Part shown: positions 1 through 9,482 of the stretch, piece by piece
Position numbering within the stretch: the first letter of the stretch is position 1
How the letters are laid out: the number at the start of each line of letters is the position of its first letter
Source: Patescibacteria group bacterium
Lineage (GTDB): Bacteria > Patescibacteriota > Patescibacteriia > UBA10025 > JAHIVO01
Length of the DNA stretch: 64,000 bases
Assembly (NCBI GenBank): GCA_041650915.1
Contig: JBAZKE010000001.1
Coordinates: 446,136 to 510,135 of the forward strand
Direction: 5' to 3'
The notes under the pieces: generated by a model
Databases searched by the model: none
Told to the model about the DNA's origin: nothing
The model's input: the letters and a program-made list of their open reading frames with translations, nothing else
Position numbers and translations under genes: made by a program

Positions 1-33
1 GCAATTTTCACGATCAATTGATATACTGTTGGT

Positions 34-672
34 ATGATAAAGGGGGCATTCATAGCGATACTACTGCTGCTCGCGCTGCCAGCCGGAGTCCAGGCGGTAA
101 ACGGCGCTGCAAACGTTAATGAAGTTGCTGCAATCGGATCGGGCACTGTTGGCATCTCGTCACAATCGCTTGGCATTATCAATTTTTTCACGGGGTACGG
201 GATGCTCGTTACCCTCGTTATTTTTTTTACATCTTTTTACGGTGTGTATAGGTATGCGCACCAGCAGAAGATTTTCCTCGCACAGCACCCCGGCGTGACA
301 CCCGGTGAAGTTGGAAACACGGACCTCTTGCGCAAGAGCAGGCGGCGTGCAGGCATTTTTACCGGTGTTTTGTCCGTGCTGCTCGTATCTTTTATTCCGC
401 TCAACCCGTTTTTGGAAAAGCTCTTTCAGAACGCTGCCGTCGGGATTGTGCTTTTTTCCGTTTTATTCGTTTCCGCGCTTATTGTACGCGTACTGTACGC
501 CATTCGCATTCGGAATTTTACCGAACTCGAACGTACCGGCCACGCTGCTGAACATGGCATGCTCTACGTGACGATGGCTAAGCTGGCCTTGTGGAAAAGC
601 CTGAGAGTTGCGAGCATTACACTTTTCGCGCTCCTTCTCGAAGTGTGGGTAGTCGTGTTATTTATCTCATGA
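34..672 (+). CDS. hypothetical multi-pass membrane protein
   Basis: 212-aa ORF, signal-like N-terminus plus ~4 hydrophobic segments; TATACT (22-27) 6 nt before ATG. Confidence 0.75.
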   Translation: MIKGAFIAILLLLALPAGVQAVNGAANVNEVAAIGSGTVGISSQSLGIINFFTGYGMLVTLVIFFTSFYGVYRYAHQQKIFLAQHPGVTPGEVGNTDLLRKSRRRAGIFTGVLSVLLVSFIPLNPFLEKLFQNAAVGIVLFSVLFVSALIVRVLYAIRIRNFTELERTGHAAEHGMLYVTMAKLALWKSLRVASITLFALLLEVWVVVLFIS

Positions 673-1604
673 TCAGTGATAATAAAAACCATATGAACGC
701 TAAGCAAAACGGCATTGCCACGGGCGGGGTAGTGGCCATCATTATCCTGATCGTCCTGTTCGCGGGGGCGGCATGGTACTGGCTGAACCGTGATTCATCA
801 GTTGAGGTTGGTTCAAATACGAATACAAGCCCGGCGGTAAATACGGGCACGAATCCGGAACCTGAGGAGTCGAGCTTTCATGCAGACGGCTGGCAGACAT
901 TCAGGAATAATGAGTACGGTTATACGATTACATTTCCTTCGGACTGGCACTACGTTCCTAATGCGATGTCCGGCCCGCCGCCGCCAGCAACGGCTTTCTT
1001 CTCGAGTGAGCCTGCCGAGTCAAGCGTGAATTATTCGAGCGTGAATATACTCGTAACGGAGCTCTCAGGGGAGACTCTCAATACGTGGTCGGAGATCGGG
1101 CTGCTCGAAGAAGACGGGTATGGCAAGACTGATATAACTGTCGGATCCGAACCCGGCGTACGGCTCGAGCGGAGAACGCTCGAATCGGATACTGGCGGCA
1201 CCATATACGTTGCCAAGAACAATTTGATGTACCGGATCGTCTGGGGTTCTATTGATCAGGGGCTGTTTGCGGACCACGAGGAGACGCTCGGGGCCATCGT
1301 ACAGAGCTTTGCCTTTGCCGAACAGCTGGTTCCTGATTTTATTGCGGACGGGGTCGTCAGCGATCCCGCCGAAGCGGAAGATACGGGCAGCTGGTTTCTC
1401 GTTTATGAGGAGGCTGGCATGCCTGGCGTCAGCGCTGAGCTCTTGTTTGATTATGAGTATGTACCGAGCAGCTGTTCCATCGGCGGCGCGGAGCTCGATT
1501 GCGCCGATGCGATTGCCGCAGGTTCGTTGGCAGTTGGCGACAGCGTGAGTATCGAGGGGGTCCGGCTCGGTACCGGCGTAATCGTTTTACAACTAACTAA
1601 GTAA
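669..1604 (+). CDS. membrane-anchored protein with PsbP-like domain
   Basis: ATGA overlap with previous stop (alternative start 693); N-terminal TM helix, then WQTFRNNEYGYTITFPSDW motif typical of PsbP-related domains. Confidence 0.7.
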   Translation: MISDNKNHMNAKQNGIATGGVVAIIILIVLFAGAAWYWLNRDSSVEVGSNTNTSPAVNTGTNPEPEESSFHADGWQTFRNNEYGYTITFPSDWHYVPNAMSGPPPPATAFFSSEPAESSVNYSSVNILVTELSGETLNTWSEIGLLEEDGYGKTDITVGSEPGVRLERRTLESDTGGTIYVAKNNLMYRIVWGSIDQGLFADHEETLGAIVQSFAFAEQLVPDFIADGVVSDPAEAEDTGSWFLVYEEAGMPGVSAELLFDYEYVPSSCSIGGAELDCADAIAAGSLAVGDSVSIEGVRLGTGVIVLQLTK

Positions 1605-1605
1605 T

Positions 1606-1812
1606 ATGAAAACCGAAGAGGACATCAAGGACAAGCTCGATGAGCTCGAGAGTGAGCTCGAAGATTTCAAAGGCGAGATGGAGGATGAAGCGTCAGACCG
1701 CGGTATTGAAGAGTTTTCCCACGAATGGGATGAGCTTGAAGAAAAGTACGAAGAAAAAATAAAGTGCTATGAGAAGCAGGTAGAGCTTCTCGAGTGGGTA
1801 CTCGAATTGTAG
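1606..1812 (+). CDS. small highly acidic coiled-coil protein
   Basis: 68-aa E/D/K-rich ORF starting 1 nt after the previous stop. Confidence 0.7.
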   Translation: MKTEEDIKDKLDELESELEDFKGEMEDEASDRGIEEFSHEWDELEEKYEEKIKCYEKQVELLEWVLEL

Positions 1813-1880
1813 GGGAAATTCAGCCATCGGCAGCGCCTCGGCAGCGTGTATGCCTGGCAGCTGCATGGTACAATGGTATC

Positions 1881-2033
1881 ATGCAGTTTGATGAGGAACG
1901 GTGTATACAGTATATTCGGCCGCATATCGAGCAGTGCAGGCCTGGCGACTGGGAGCACGCACGGCGCGCTGTTGGTTTTGTCACAGAGCATGGCTTTTTA
2001 TTACGTAAAATACTCCGGGAAGCAGCAGCATGA
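1881..2033 (+). pseudogene. probable truncated HD-domain-like gene fragment (50 aa)
   Basis: TG-N-TACAAT 6 nt before ATG; MQFDEERC...GDWEHARR resembles the first His motif of HD hydrolases but the ORF stops before any HD dyad; ATGA overlap with next gene. Confidence 0.4.
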
Positions 2034-2647
2034 GTATGATCCACAATTTGATATTTGACTGGTCCGGCGTTATCTCCGACAACATACGGAATGTCTACTC
2101 AGTTGCTATGGTGATTTTTAAAAAGTACGGTGCAGAGCCAATCACGCTCGAGGAATTCCGTGAAACGTGGGACCAGCCGTATATGGTTTTTTACGATAAG
2201 CACCTTCCCGCTGTTTCCCTCGCGGATGAAGCCGTGCTCTTCCGTAATGAAATCATGAAGCGGCCTCCCGCAAGCGCATTTCCTGGCGTCCCCGAAGTTC
2301 TAAGAAAGCTGCGTCAGAGCGGGAAGCACATGATCGTCATCAGCGGAGATATCAGGGAAACTATCTTTCCGGAAATTGAGCGGTTTGGTTTGGCCGGGGT
2401 TTTTTCGGAGGTCAACTATAATATCCACGATAAGGTCGCCGTGATCGAGGAAATCGTTGCACGGAATCGGTTCCAAAAATCACGCACCATGTTTATCGGT
2501 GACACGACCCATGAGGTTGAAGCCGGGAGGAAGGCCGGTATGTTGGCGGGAGTCGTCACGTGGGGGTACAAACCCGAAGCGCAGCTGAGGGCGGCGCAGC
2601 CGGACATGATTTTTCGCACCGTCGGCGATCTTGCGAATCTGATATGA
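2030..2647 (+). CDS. HAD-superfamily hydrolase (phosphoglycolate phosphatase-like)
   Basis: LIFDWSGVI motif I variant; IGDTTHEVEAGRKAG motif IV; VTWGY. Confidence 0.85.
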   Translation: MSMIHNLIFDWSGVISDNIRNVYSVAMVIFKKYGAEPITLEEFRETWDQPYMVFYDKHLPAVSLADEAVLFRNEIMKRPPASAFPGVPEVLRKLRQSGKHMIVISGDIRETIFPEIERFGLAGVFSEVNYNIHDKVAVIEEIVARNRFQKSRTMFIGDTTHEVEAGRKAGMLAGVVTWGYKPEAQLRAAQPDMIFRTVGDLANLI

Positions 2648-2674
2648 AAGCAAGTGCCAGCTCGGCGCGTAGTA
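2645..2674 (+). promoter_or_regulatory. putative ECF (SigW-like) promoter of the sigma gene
   Basis: TGAAAG-N17-CGTAGTA; same motif recurs at 4068, 7349 and 12010. Confidence 0.6.
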
Positions 2675-2698
2675 GTAATATAAGGTTGTTTTGCCCGT

Positions 2699-3283
2699 AT
2701 GAATGAATCCGGTGCCTGCCAGGGGAAGACGGATGAGGAGCTCGTCTCGCTGTCACTAGAAAATGCCGATTGGTACGGTTGTTTAATGCGGCGGTACGAA
2801 AGCAAGCTCGCGCGGTATATATACCGCATATCCAATGCCAGCGTCGAGGATATCCAAGATTTACTCCAGGAGGTTTTTCTTGCCGCGTACCGCAACCTCA
2901 ATGACTTTGACCAGACATTGAAGTTTTCGTCATGGATTTACCGCATCGCACACAACAAGGTCATCAGCCACTACCGCAAAACGGCTGCCCGTGCGGACGT
3001 TATCGACGGTGAGGAGGGGGAAAAATTGCTTGCGATGGTGAGCGATCAGGCTGACATCTTCGGTTCGGTGAACGACGTGATTACCGGAGAGGTTCTGGGC
3101 AAGCTGCTCAAGAAAATTGACGTGAAGTATAAGGAGGTGCTCGTACTGCGGTACCTTGAGCAGAAAGAATATGGAGAAATTTCCGATATTATAAAAAAGC
3201 CGGTCGGTACCGTCGCGACGCTCCTCAACAGGGCAAAAAAGCGCATGAGAGCGCTCATTGACGAGGAGGGAATAAAACTATGA
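2699..3283 (+). CDS. ECF sigma-70 factor (RpoE/SigW-like)
   Basis: DLLQEVFL, FSSWIYRIAHN (region 2) and YGEISDIIKKPVGTVATLLNRAK (region 4). Confidence 0.92.
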   Translation: MNESGACQGKTDEELVSLSLENADWYGCLMRRYESKLARYIYRISNASVEDIQDLLQEVFLAAYRNLNDFDQTLKFSSWIYRIAHNKVISHYRKTAARADVIDGEEGEKLLAMVSDQADIFGSVNDVITGEVLGKLLKKIDVKYKEVLVLRYLEQKEYGEISDIIKKPVGTVATLLNRAKKRMRALIDEEGIKL

Positions 3284-4059
3284 ATACCATTACCAATAAG
3301 ATACTGGATACAATCAAGGAAAAGCGGATAACGCCGAAACCGCGGTGGCAGTTCCTGCTGAAGCAGGGGCTGGTAGTTGCTGTTACTGTACTCTCGGCGA
3401 TTATCGGAAGCCTCTCATTCAGCGTCATGCTCTTCCGGCTCGTCAACAACGATTGGGATGTCGTTCGGTTTCTCGATAGGTCGCCGGTTCAGTACGCGTT
3501 TAGTACGCTGCCGTACGTCTGGATCATACTGCTCATTCTCTTCATCGGACTCGCGTACTACAACGCACGGCATGCCCGCGGTGCATACCGGCACCAGGCG
3601 TACTGGTTTATCGCCGGAAGCGTGCTCGTGAGCGTCGTATTCGGGAGTGTATTTTACGCATTCGGTGTGGCCCCGCGAATCCATACGTTCGCAGAGGGGG
3701 TGCCGGTATTCCGCGATTTTATCCAGGATCGGGACCGGTTGTGGCTCAAAGCTGATACCGGCTTGCTTGCCGGGGAAATCACCGAACTCTTCGGGGGCGA
3801 TGAACTGTTTGAGCTTGTCGACTTTAATGGCGCTTACTGGATTGTCATTCCGTCCGATAATTACGTACCGCCACCCGCGTTTTTTAAGATCGAGGAGGGC
3901 GTGCAGGTGCGGATGGTCGGAGAACAGCTCGATGCCAATCAGTTTGAAGCTGAGCTTGTCATGCCGTACCATATCGGCCCCGGCGTTATGAAGGGGAAGA
4001 TTAACGGATTCGCTCCGCCCTCAGGCGGTGGGCAGCACCGGCAATGGTTCAATGAGTAG
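3280..4059 (+). CDS. membrane protein, candidate anti-sigma factor
   Basis: ATGA overlap with the sigma gene; 3 TM segments plus C-terminal soluble domain; anti-sigma role inferred from position only. Confidence 0.65.
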   Translation: MNTITNKILDTIKEKRITPKPRWQFLLKQGLVVAVTVLSAIIGSLSFSVMLFRLVNNDWDVVRFLDRSPVQYAFSTLPYVWIILLILFIGLAYYNARHARGAYRHQAYWFIAGSVLVSVVFGSVFYAFGVAPRIHTFAEGVPVFRDFIQDRDRLWLKADTGLLAGEITELFGGDELFELVDFNGAYWIVIPSDNYVPPPAFFKIEEGVQVRMVGEQLDANQFEAELVMPYHIGPGVMKGKINGFAPPSGGGQHRQWFNE

Positions 4060-4067
4060 CGCGCCAG

Positions 4068-4097
4068 TGAAATAAAATGCGGAATAACCGCGTACTA
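4068..4097 (+). promoter_or_regulatory. putative ECF (SigW-like) promoter
   Basis: TGAAAT-N17-CGTACTA upstream of the ABC operon. Confidence 0.55.
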
Positions 4098-4136
4098 CGG
4101 GAGTAAGGAGAGCATAATTTTTATCATTTGAGTGGA

Positions 4137-4808
4137 ATGTCAAACATTATTGAAGCAGACAAGCTCACGAGGAAGTACCAGGACGGCGATTCCGACGTGC
4201 TGGCGCTCAACGAGGTGACACTGGCGCTGCCGGAAAACGACAGCATGGTTATTATCGGTACGTCTGGTTCCGGCAAGACGACGCTGCTGCAACTCTTGGG
4301 CGGGCTGGACTATCCGACATCGGGGACGATCAGCGTCAACGGCCAGCAGCTCAATGCCATGAGCGACAATGAGCTGTCGGAATTCAGGAACAAGACCATC
4401 GGCTTTGTGTTCCAGTTTTTCCATTTGCAGGATTACCTCACTGCCAAAGAAAATGTTGCACTGCCGCTCCTGCTGGCGGGCACGGTTCAGCAGGAGGCGT
4501 TTGCGCGCGCTGAGAAGCTCTTACGGCAGGTGCACATGGAGCATCGCATTGACCATACGCCGAAAAAAATGTCCGGCGGTGAAATGCAGCGGGTCGCGAT
4601 CGCCCGGGCGCTTGCGAATAACCCGAAAATCATCATGGCTGATGAGCCCACCGGCAATCTGGACAAAGCGAATGCCGAGAACGTACTTGAGCTCTTTGAT
4701 GAGATTGCGAAGCGGAAAGGTGTCAGCGTTCTCATGATTACCCACGACGAGAGCATGGCGCACCGGTATGAGCACGTTCTGCACTTGGATAAGGGTACGC
4801 TAAAATAA
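4137..4808 (+). CDS. ABC transporter ATP-binding protein (LolD/MacB type)
   Basis: GTSGSGKT Walker A, MSGGEMQR signature, ADEPTGNLD. Confidence 0.93.
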   Translation: MSNIIEADKLTRKYQDGDSDVLALNEVTLALPENDSMVIIGTSGSGKTTLLQLLGGLDYPTSGTISVNGQQLNAMSDNELSEFRNKTIGFVFQFFHLQDYLTAKENVALPLLLAGTVQQEAFARAEKLLRQVHMEHRIDHTPKKMSGGEMQRVAIARALANNPKIIMADEPTGNLDKANAENVLELFDEIAKRKGVSVLMITHDESMAHRYEHVLHLDKGTLK

Positions 4809-4813
4809 GCACT

Positions 4814-6682
4814 ATGAAACTCAACTACATCAATAAAATCAATTTTAAAAAGCTCAGAACCTATAAGGGAAAGTCGATGTTTTTGATTATTCCGATCACG
4901 TTTTTAATGATGATCGGGATCGTCGTATCGAGCCAGGCGCAAAATATCTTGGACGCCTCGGAACAGACGATATTCGGCACCGCAGCTGAATCGAGCCGGC
5001 TTATTGAACTGACAACTGAACAGTTTACAGGCGGCGGCGACGGCGAACAACGGATCCGCATGATGTTCGGCGGTGATACGGAGTATACGGAAAATGATGT
5101 CAGCGTTATTTCTTCCATTGAAAATGTGGAAGCAGTGGGATTGACCGTACCGGTACCGATCAGCCGGATAACATCAGGTGACCTGCTTGAGGGATCCGAG
5201 GTGTTTTTTAATAATGTCCGTGCTTTGAATGAAGATTTATCAGCCCAATATACCGACCAGCCTTTTACCTACACGGAAGGTGAGCCGATTCCGATCATCG
5301 TCAATGCGCGGTCACTGATGCGGACGTATGAGGATTGGAACGGGCAGGAGGAAATTACGATTGATATGGCTGTACAGCGCGGCCCCGGGAGTGATCCGGA
5401 AGATCGTGAAACGATGGAAAATCAAATGCCCTTTAAAACTGAAGCTCTACAGTACGATCGGGACGATCTGCTTGGCAGGGAGATTACCATCTCGTTCGGC
5501 GGTTTGGACGATATTCAAACGTATGAAACCGAATTTACCGGCACCGGGATCCTTTTCCGCAAACTGACTGATGCAGCAATCCAGGAAGAGGAAGATGCGC
5601 GGCGGGAAGCGATTTCGGCGTACTGGGACTACGACCTGATTACTCAACCTCTCACTTACACATTCAAGGTAGTCGGCGTTCTCGAAGGTGAAACGGATTT
5701 CTCCACGTACATTCCGGAAACATTCACATACGAATTGATGGAGCAGTACGTTCAGAATCAGCTCAATGCGCGGACTAGTACCGAAATAGATGCGAGTGAC
5801 CTCAATTCGACTTTTTTCGGCATGACGTATGACGGGCTCGATCTTACATCAAGCGGCTTTGGAGGAATCGGGAGCTTCCGGGTAGGCCCCGGAATGGCAC
5901 AAGGCATGGTCGGTGGCCAGAGTGCCGCAAATGGCGACGAGGAAACATCCGCTGGCTATACGATTCCCGGCTTGATTATTGAGACAGAACGGGAAGAGGG
6001 CGATGCTGATGCATTCCAGCAGCGCATGTTCGGCGGTACCAGCGATGTAGTCGGTGAATATACGGATCCAGCGGTTTTTGAACAGTCATCCCACTCGTCC
6101 GATACGCTTGTCGTTCGGATTTCGGATCCGCTGTATCGTTCACAGGTCGTTGAGGATCTGAATGACGCCGGGTATGCGTATCAGGACCTTAATGACCAGG
6201 AAGTTTTTTCGGAGCTGCAGGGCACGATGAATAGCGCAACGACCATCGTGACGATTTCATTCGTTGTTCTCTCGGCGGTCATCATTATCCTTACCATGGG
6301 AAAATTCGTGTCCGAGAGTACGAAAGAGATCGGGGTATTCCGCGCTATCGGCGCGAAGAAAAAGGACATTAAGCAGCTCTTCATGTCCCAGGCAGTGCTC
6401 TATACGCTCATCGGATACGTTATTGGCGGACTCATCGGAGTTGGATTGGTTTTTCTACTTGCAAAACCCGTACAGCTCTGGTTTGACGGCTTTATTGAGA
6501 ATACGGTAGAGGAAACCTTTACCGTGGTGCAGGCAACGAGCGCTGGCGTTTTTACCCATATCGACTGGGCCATGTTCGGCGTCTACTCGTTGCTGCTGCT
6601 CGTGATTGCACTCGTCGTTTCAATTATTCCGGCAACGAGGGCTTCGCGCGTATCTCCCGTTGAGGCAATTCGGAGCGAGTAA
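4814..6682 (+). CDS. ABC transporter permease (MacB/FtsX family) with large extracytoplasmic domain
   Basis: C-terminal KEIGVFRAIGA...PATRASRVSPVEAIRSE FtsX-type motif; follows the ATPase. Confidence 0.88.
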   Translation: MKLNYINKINFKKLRTYKGKSMFLIIPITFLMMIGIVVSSQAQNILDASEQTIFGTAAESSRLIELTTEQFTGGGDGEQRIRMMFGGDTEYTENDVSVISSIENVEAVGLTVPVPISRITSGDLLEGSEVFFNNVRALNEDLSAQYTDQPFTYTEGEPIPIIVNARSLMRTYEDWNGQEEITIDMAVQRGPGSDPEDRETMENQMPFKTEALQYDRDDLLGREITISFGGLDDIQTYETEFTGTGILFRKLTDAAIQEEEDARREAISAYWDYDLITQPLTYTFKVVGVLEGETDFSTYIPETFTYELMEQYVQNQLNARTSTEIDASDLNSTFFGMTYDGLDLTSSGFGGIGSFRVGPGMAQGMVGGQSAANGDEETSAGYTIPGLIIETEREEGDADAFQQRMFGGTSDVVGEYTDPAVFEQSSHSSDTLVVRISDPLYRSQVVEDLNDAGYAYQDLNDQEVFSELQGTMNSATTIVTISFVVLSAVIIILTMGKFVSESTKEIGVFRAIGAKKKDIKQLFMSQAVLYTLIGYVIGGLIGVGLVFLLAKPVQLWFDGFIENTVEETFTVVQATSAGVFTHIDWAMFGVYSLLLLVIALVVSIIPATRASRVSPVEAIRSE

Positions 6683-6697
6683 GCAGTATCCGGTTCT

Positions 6698-7351
6698 ATG
6701 GCTTTTTTCAAAAGCACCACCGGCATTGTACTGGCAACTGTCGCTGCGGTTATCGTAATGTTTGCAGGTTGTGCGGTATTTATTTTTTTCCGCGGGGACC
6801 ATACCTTTGCAGAAATCCTCGCCCGTGAAAACGTCTTTCCCGAAGAGATCGCGGACGAGATGCAGGCGCTTGCACAAGACCTCAAACAGCAGGTTGATGA
6901 TGGTGTGCTCAGTGAAGAGCAGATGAAGGCAGAGGTGCGCGAAGAGTTGGTCAGCAGCTTGCAGCGGCTCGTTGAGTCAGATGCGATTTCGCAATCGGAG
7001 ATGCGGGAAAGCCTCGAGGAGTTCAGCCAGGTCGCTGACGATGGAGACGGCAGGGCTGCGGGTTCTATGGGCATGCCTGATGATTTGGCCAGCTTTTGCG
7101 AACGGGCTGAAAGCCAGCAGATGCCGCGTACAGGCGATCAACCTGGGGATTTTGAAAACCGCGGGCAGCTTCCCGCAGGCAGTGAGGTCCCATCTGGCAG
7201 CGGCTTTGATTTTTCTCAGATGCAGGTGGTTATGCAGGAGATGCAGTCGCTGTGCAGCGATGACGTTTATACGGCAGCTGAAGAAGTACGTTTTGATGAA
7301 CTGCAGGCAGCCATGCCGCAGCGCGGGCCAAACGGCTTCGGGAGTGAATGA
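6698..7351 (+). CDS. hypothetical membrane-anchored protein
   Basis: 217-aa ORF, N-terminal TM helix, acidic helical body. Confidence 0.7.
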   Translation: MAFFKSTTGIVLATVAAVIVMFAGCAVFIFFRGDHTFAEILARENVFPEEIADEMQALAQDLKQQVDDGVLSEEQMKAEVREELVSSLQRLVESDAISQSEMRESLEEFSQVADDGDGRAAGSMGMPDDLASFCERAESQQMPRTGDQPGDFENRGQLPAGSEVPSGSGFDFSQMQVVMQEMQSLCSDDVYTAAEEVRFDELQAAMPQRGPNGFGSE

Positions 7352-7377
7352 AAGTTTTTTTTCTCGCCTACGTAGTA
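7349..7377 (+). promoter_or_regulatory. putative ECF (SigW-like) promoter
   Basis: TGAAAG-N16-CGTAGTA. Confidence 0.6.
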
Positions 7378-7424
7378 CTGTGTGAAAGGTCGGCTATACG
7401 TAACCATGAAAGGAACATTACATT

Positions 7425-7907
7425 GTGAATAGGTACGTTCTTGGTACAATTATAGGCGTAACCGCATTTACCCTCGTGGGCGGTGCCGTTGCAGTCGCGA
7501 GTTCTGGCAACGGCGTCGGTTTGCCCGGTGGGTTCGGTCGGGAGCAGATGCTTGAGAGCAAGGCAGATATCCTCGGCATGACAACCGAGGAGCTCGAGAC
7601 ACAGCTCGAAGGCAGTTCGTTCGCTGAGCTCTTGGATGAGCAGGGCGTAACCCATGCCGAACTCCAGGAGCGCATGCACGCCCAGATGCAGGAGCGCATG
7701 ACCCAACAGCTCCAGCAGATGGTAGATGACGGGACGATCACCGAAACGGAGAAGCAGGAGCGCCTCCAGAACATGGAGGAGCGACAAGCGGCTTGCGAAG
7801 AATCAGGCGACTGCGGCATGCACGGTAAGGGATTCGGCATGCGCGGCTCACGCACCGACTCAAACGGTGACGGCGTCTGTGATTACCAGGATGGGCAGGA
7901 CAACTAA
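7425..7907 (+). CDS. secreted helical protein (Met/Gln-rich)
   Basis: GTG start, signal peptide, ADILGMTTEEL...GKS-like and VDDGTITE motifs; C-terminal DSNGDGVCD. Confidence 0.75.
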   Translation: MNRYVLGTIIGVTAFTLVGGAVAVASSGNGVGLPGGFGREQMLESKADILGMTTEELETQLEGSSFAELLDEQGVTHAELQERMHAQMQERMTQQLQQMVDDGTITETEKQERLQNMEERQAACEESGDCGMHGKGFGMRGSRTDSNGDGVCDYQDGQDN

Positions 7908-7921
7908 ATATCAGTGACAGC

Positions 7922-7953
7922 GAAAAGACCAGCCCACCCCCGCTGGTCTTTTT
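7922..7953 (+). terminator. intrinsic terminator
   Basis: AAAAGACCAGC / GCTGGTCTTTTT inverted repeat after the 7907 stop. Confidence 0.8.
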
Positions 7954-8132
7954 CATTTAATGTAAACGTGTATCATATTTGCCCGGATGTACAGCGCTCA
8001 CTCGAAACCAATTGATCAAAATCACACCTTGTTTTGACGCCCTATGTACCATGGTGCTGTCTTGACAAACGTACTTTTTTTGCTAGACTGAAGGTAGAAC
8101 TGGGGGGATAAAACCAGCTTATTGAAACGCGT

Positions 8133-8213
8133 ATGGAAATATTTTTAAAACTCATACTGCTCCCGGTCTGGCTGCTGTTTAAGATTTTTAATGTAGATAT
8201 TTTTGAAGATTAG
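8133..8213 (+). CDS. small hydrophobic peptide (26 aa, MEIFLKLILLPVWLLFKIFNVDIFED)
   Basis: read manually; lies downstream of TTGACA-N16-TAGACT (8062-8089) and upstream of the AI-2E gene. Confidence 0.4.
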   Translation: MEIFLKLILLPVWLLFKIFNVDIFED

Positions 8214-8235
8214 AGCCGTGATGGATATTTAATGC

Positions 8236-9306
8236 ATGAACGTTTTCCGAAAGCAACCCTTTTTTTATCTTCTCCTTGCCATCGTAGCATACCTCTCTTT
8301 CTTGGTACTCAAACCTTACTTTTCCGCCATCGTACTTGCATTTCTCGCCGTGCTGTTTTTCAAGCCCGTCTATTCTTATTTTGTAAGGTGTTTTAAAGGG
8401 CGCACAAAGATCGCATCGAGCGTATCGGTCGTGATTATTGTTTTTGCCGTTCTCATCCCTATCGTTCTGATTGGCGGCCTGACCGCGAACCAGATCCTGC
8501 AGTTCAGGAGCGATATCGGATCAAGTGACATGAAAATTAATTATGGGACAATAGCAGACTATGGGAATCGGGCGGTTTCAATCATTCCGGGCATCGACTA
8601 TCAGTTGAGCGGGGATGGCATACGAGGATTTGTCGAGCGGGGGGCAAAGGCGATCGGAACCTTCTTTTTAGAACGATTGCCAGACATCGGTTCGGGTGCA
8701 TTTAATGCTGTCACCTGGATTATCATTTTTATCATTCTGACATACTCGCTTTTTCCTCTTCACGGTAAGCTGCTCGAGTTCGTCGCAAGGGTCAGTCCGC
8801 TCGAGGACCGCATCGATACTGTGTATGTCACCCGGGTCATTGAAATGTCGAAATCAATGGTAAGGGGCACGTTTCTCATCGCTGTTGTGCAGGGAATCGT
8901 TGCCGGCCTCCTGCTCGCCATTACCGGGGTTCCGTATGTCCTCTTTTGGACGCTGCTTATGATTTTTCTGAGCGTGATTCCGATGGTAGGTTACGGCTTC
9001 GTGATGATTCCGATTGCAATCGTGACGCTCTTGACGGGCGGCATCTGGCAGGGGATTGTGCTCATTCTCGGGAGCGTCCTCATCGTGGGGAATATCGATA
9101 ATTTTCTCAGGCCGCGCCTCGTGTCAAAGAAAGCTGAACTGCACCCTGCGCTCATTATCCTCGGCGTTATCGGCGGGCTGCAGGTTTTCGGGGTACTCGG
9201 ATTTATTTACGGCCCGGTCATCATGATACTGCTCGTGACAACATTCGAGATGTACCTGAAGTATTTCCGTGCATCCCATGAGGACGGCGGACCTGCAGCC
9301 GAGTAG
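8236..9306 (+). CDS. AI-2E family transporter (PerM-like)
   Basis: IDNFLRPRLV...LHPALIILGVIGGLQVFGVLGFIYGP family motif. Confidence 0.92.
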   Translation: MNVFRKQPFFYLLLAIVAYLSFLVLKPYFSAIVLAFLAVLFFKPVYSYFVRCFKGRTKIASSVSVVIIVFAVLIPIVLIGGLTANQILQFRSDIGSSDMKINYGTIADYGNRAVSIIPGIDYQLSGDGIRGFVERGAKAIGTFFLERLPDIGSGAFNAVTWIIIFIILTYSLFPLHGKLLEFVARVSPLEDRIDTVYVTRVIEMSKSMVRGTFLIAVVQGIVAGLLLAITGVPYVLFWTLLMIFLSVIPMVGYGFVMIPIAIVTLLTGGIWQGIVLILGSVLIVGNIDNFLRPRLVSKKAELHPALIILGVIGGLQVFGVLGFIYGPVIMILLVTTFEMYLKYFRASHEDGGPAAE

Positions 9307-9482
9307 CGCGTCAGCACCATGAAATATGGCGAGCAGGTTTGCGCGGCGAGGGAATCGAAAAAAGCCTAGCTGCATTTATTGGGCGCAAGCGGCTTTTTTG
9401 TTTTTGGTTTTTTGCCGTAAACATTTGCCTCGGTCGCAGGCACGGACTATACTGTGAGTATCACCATTAAGTCATTAAAGGT

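Noticed and set aside
9319-9400. Short ORF MKYGEQVCAARESKKA running into a hairpin as another attenuator
   Set aside because: No control-codon run or antiterminator found; the hairpin is better explained as the AI-2E gene terminator.
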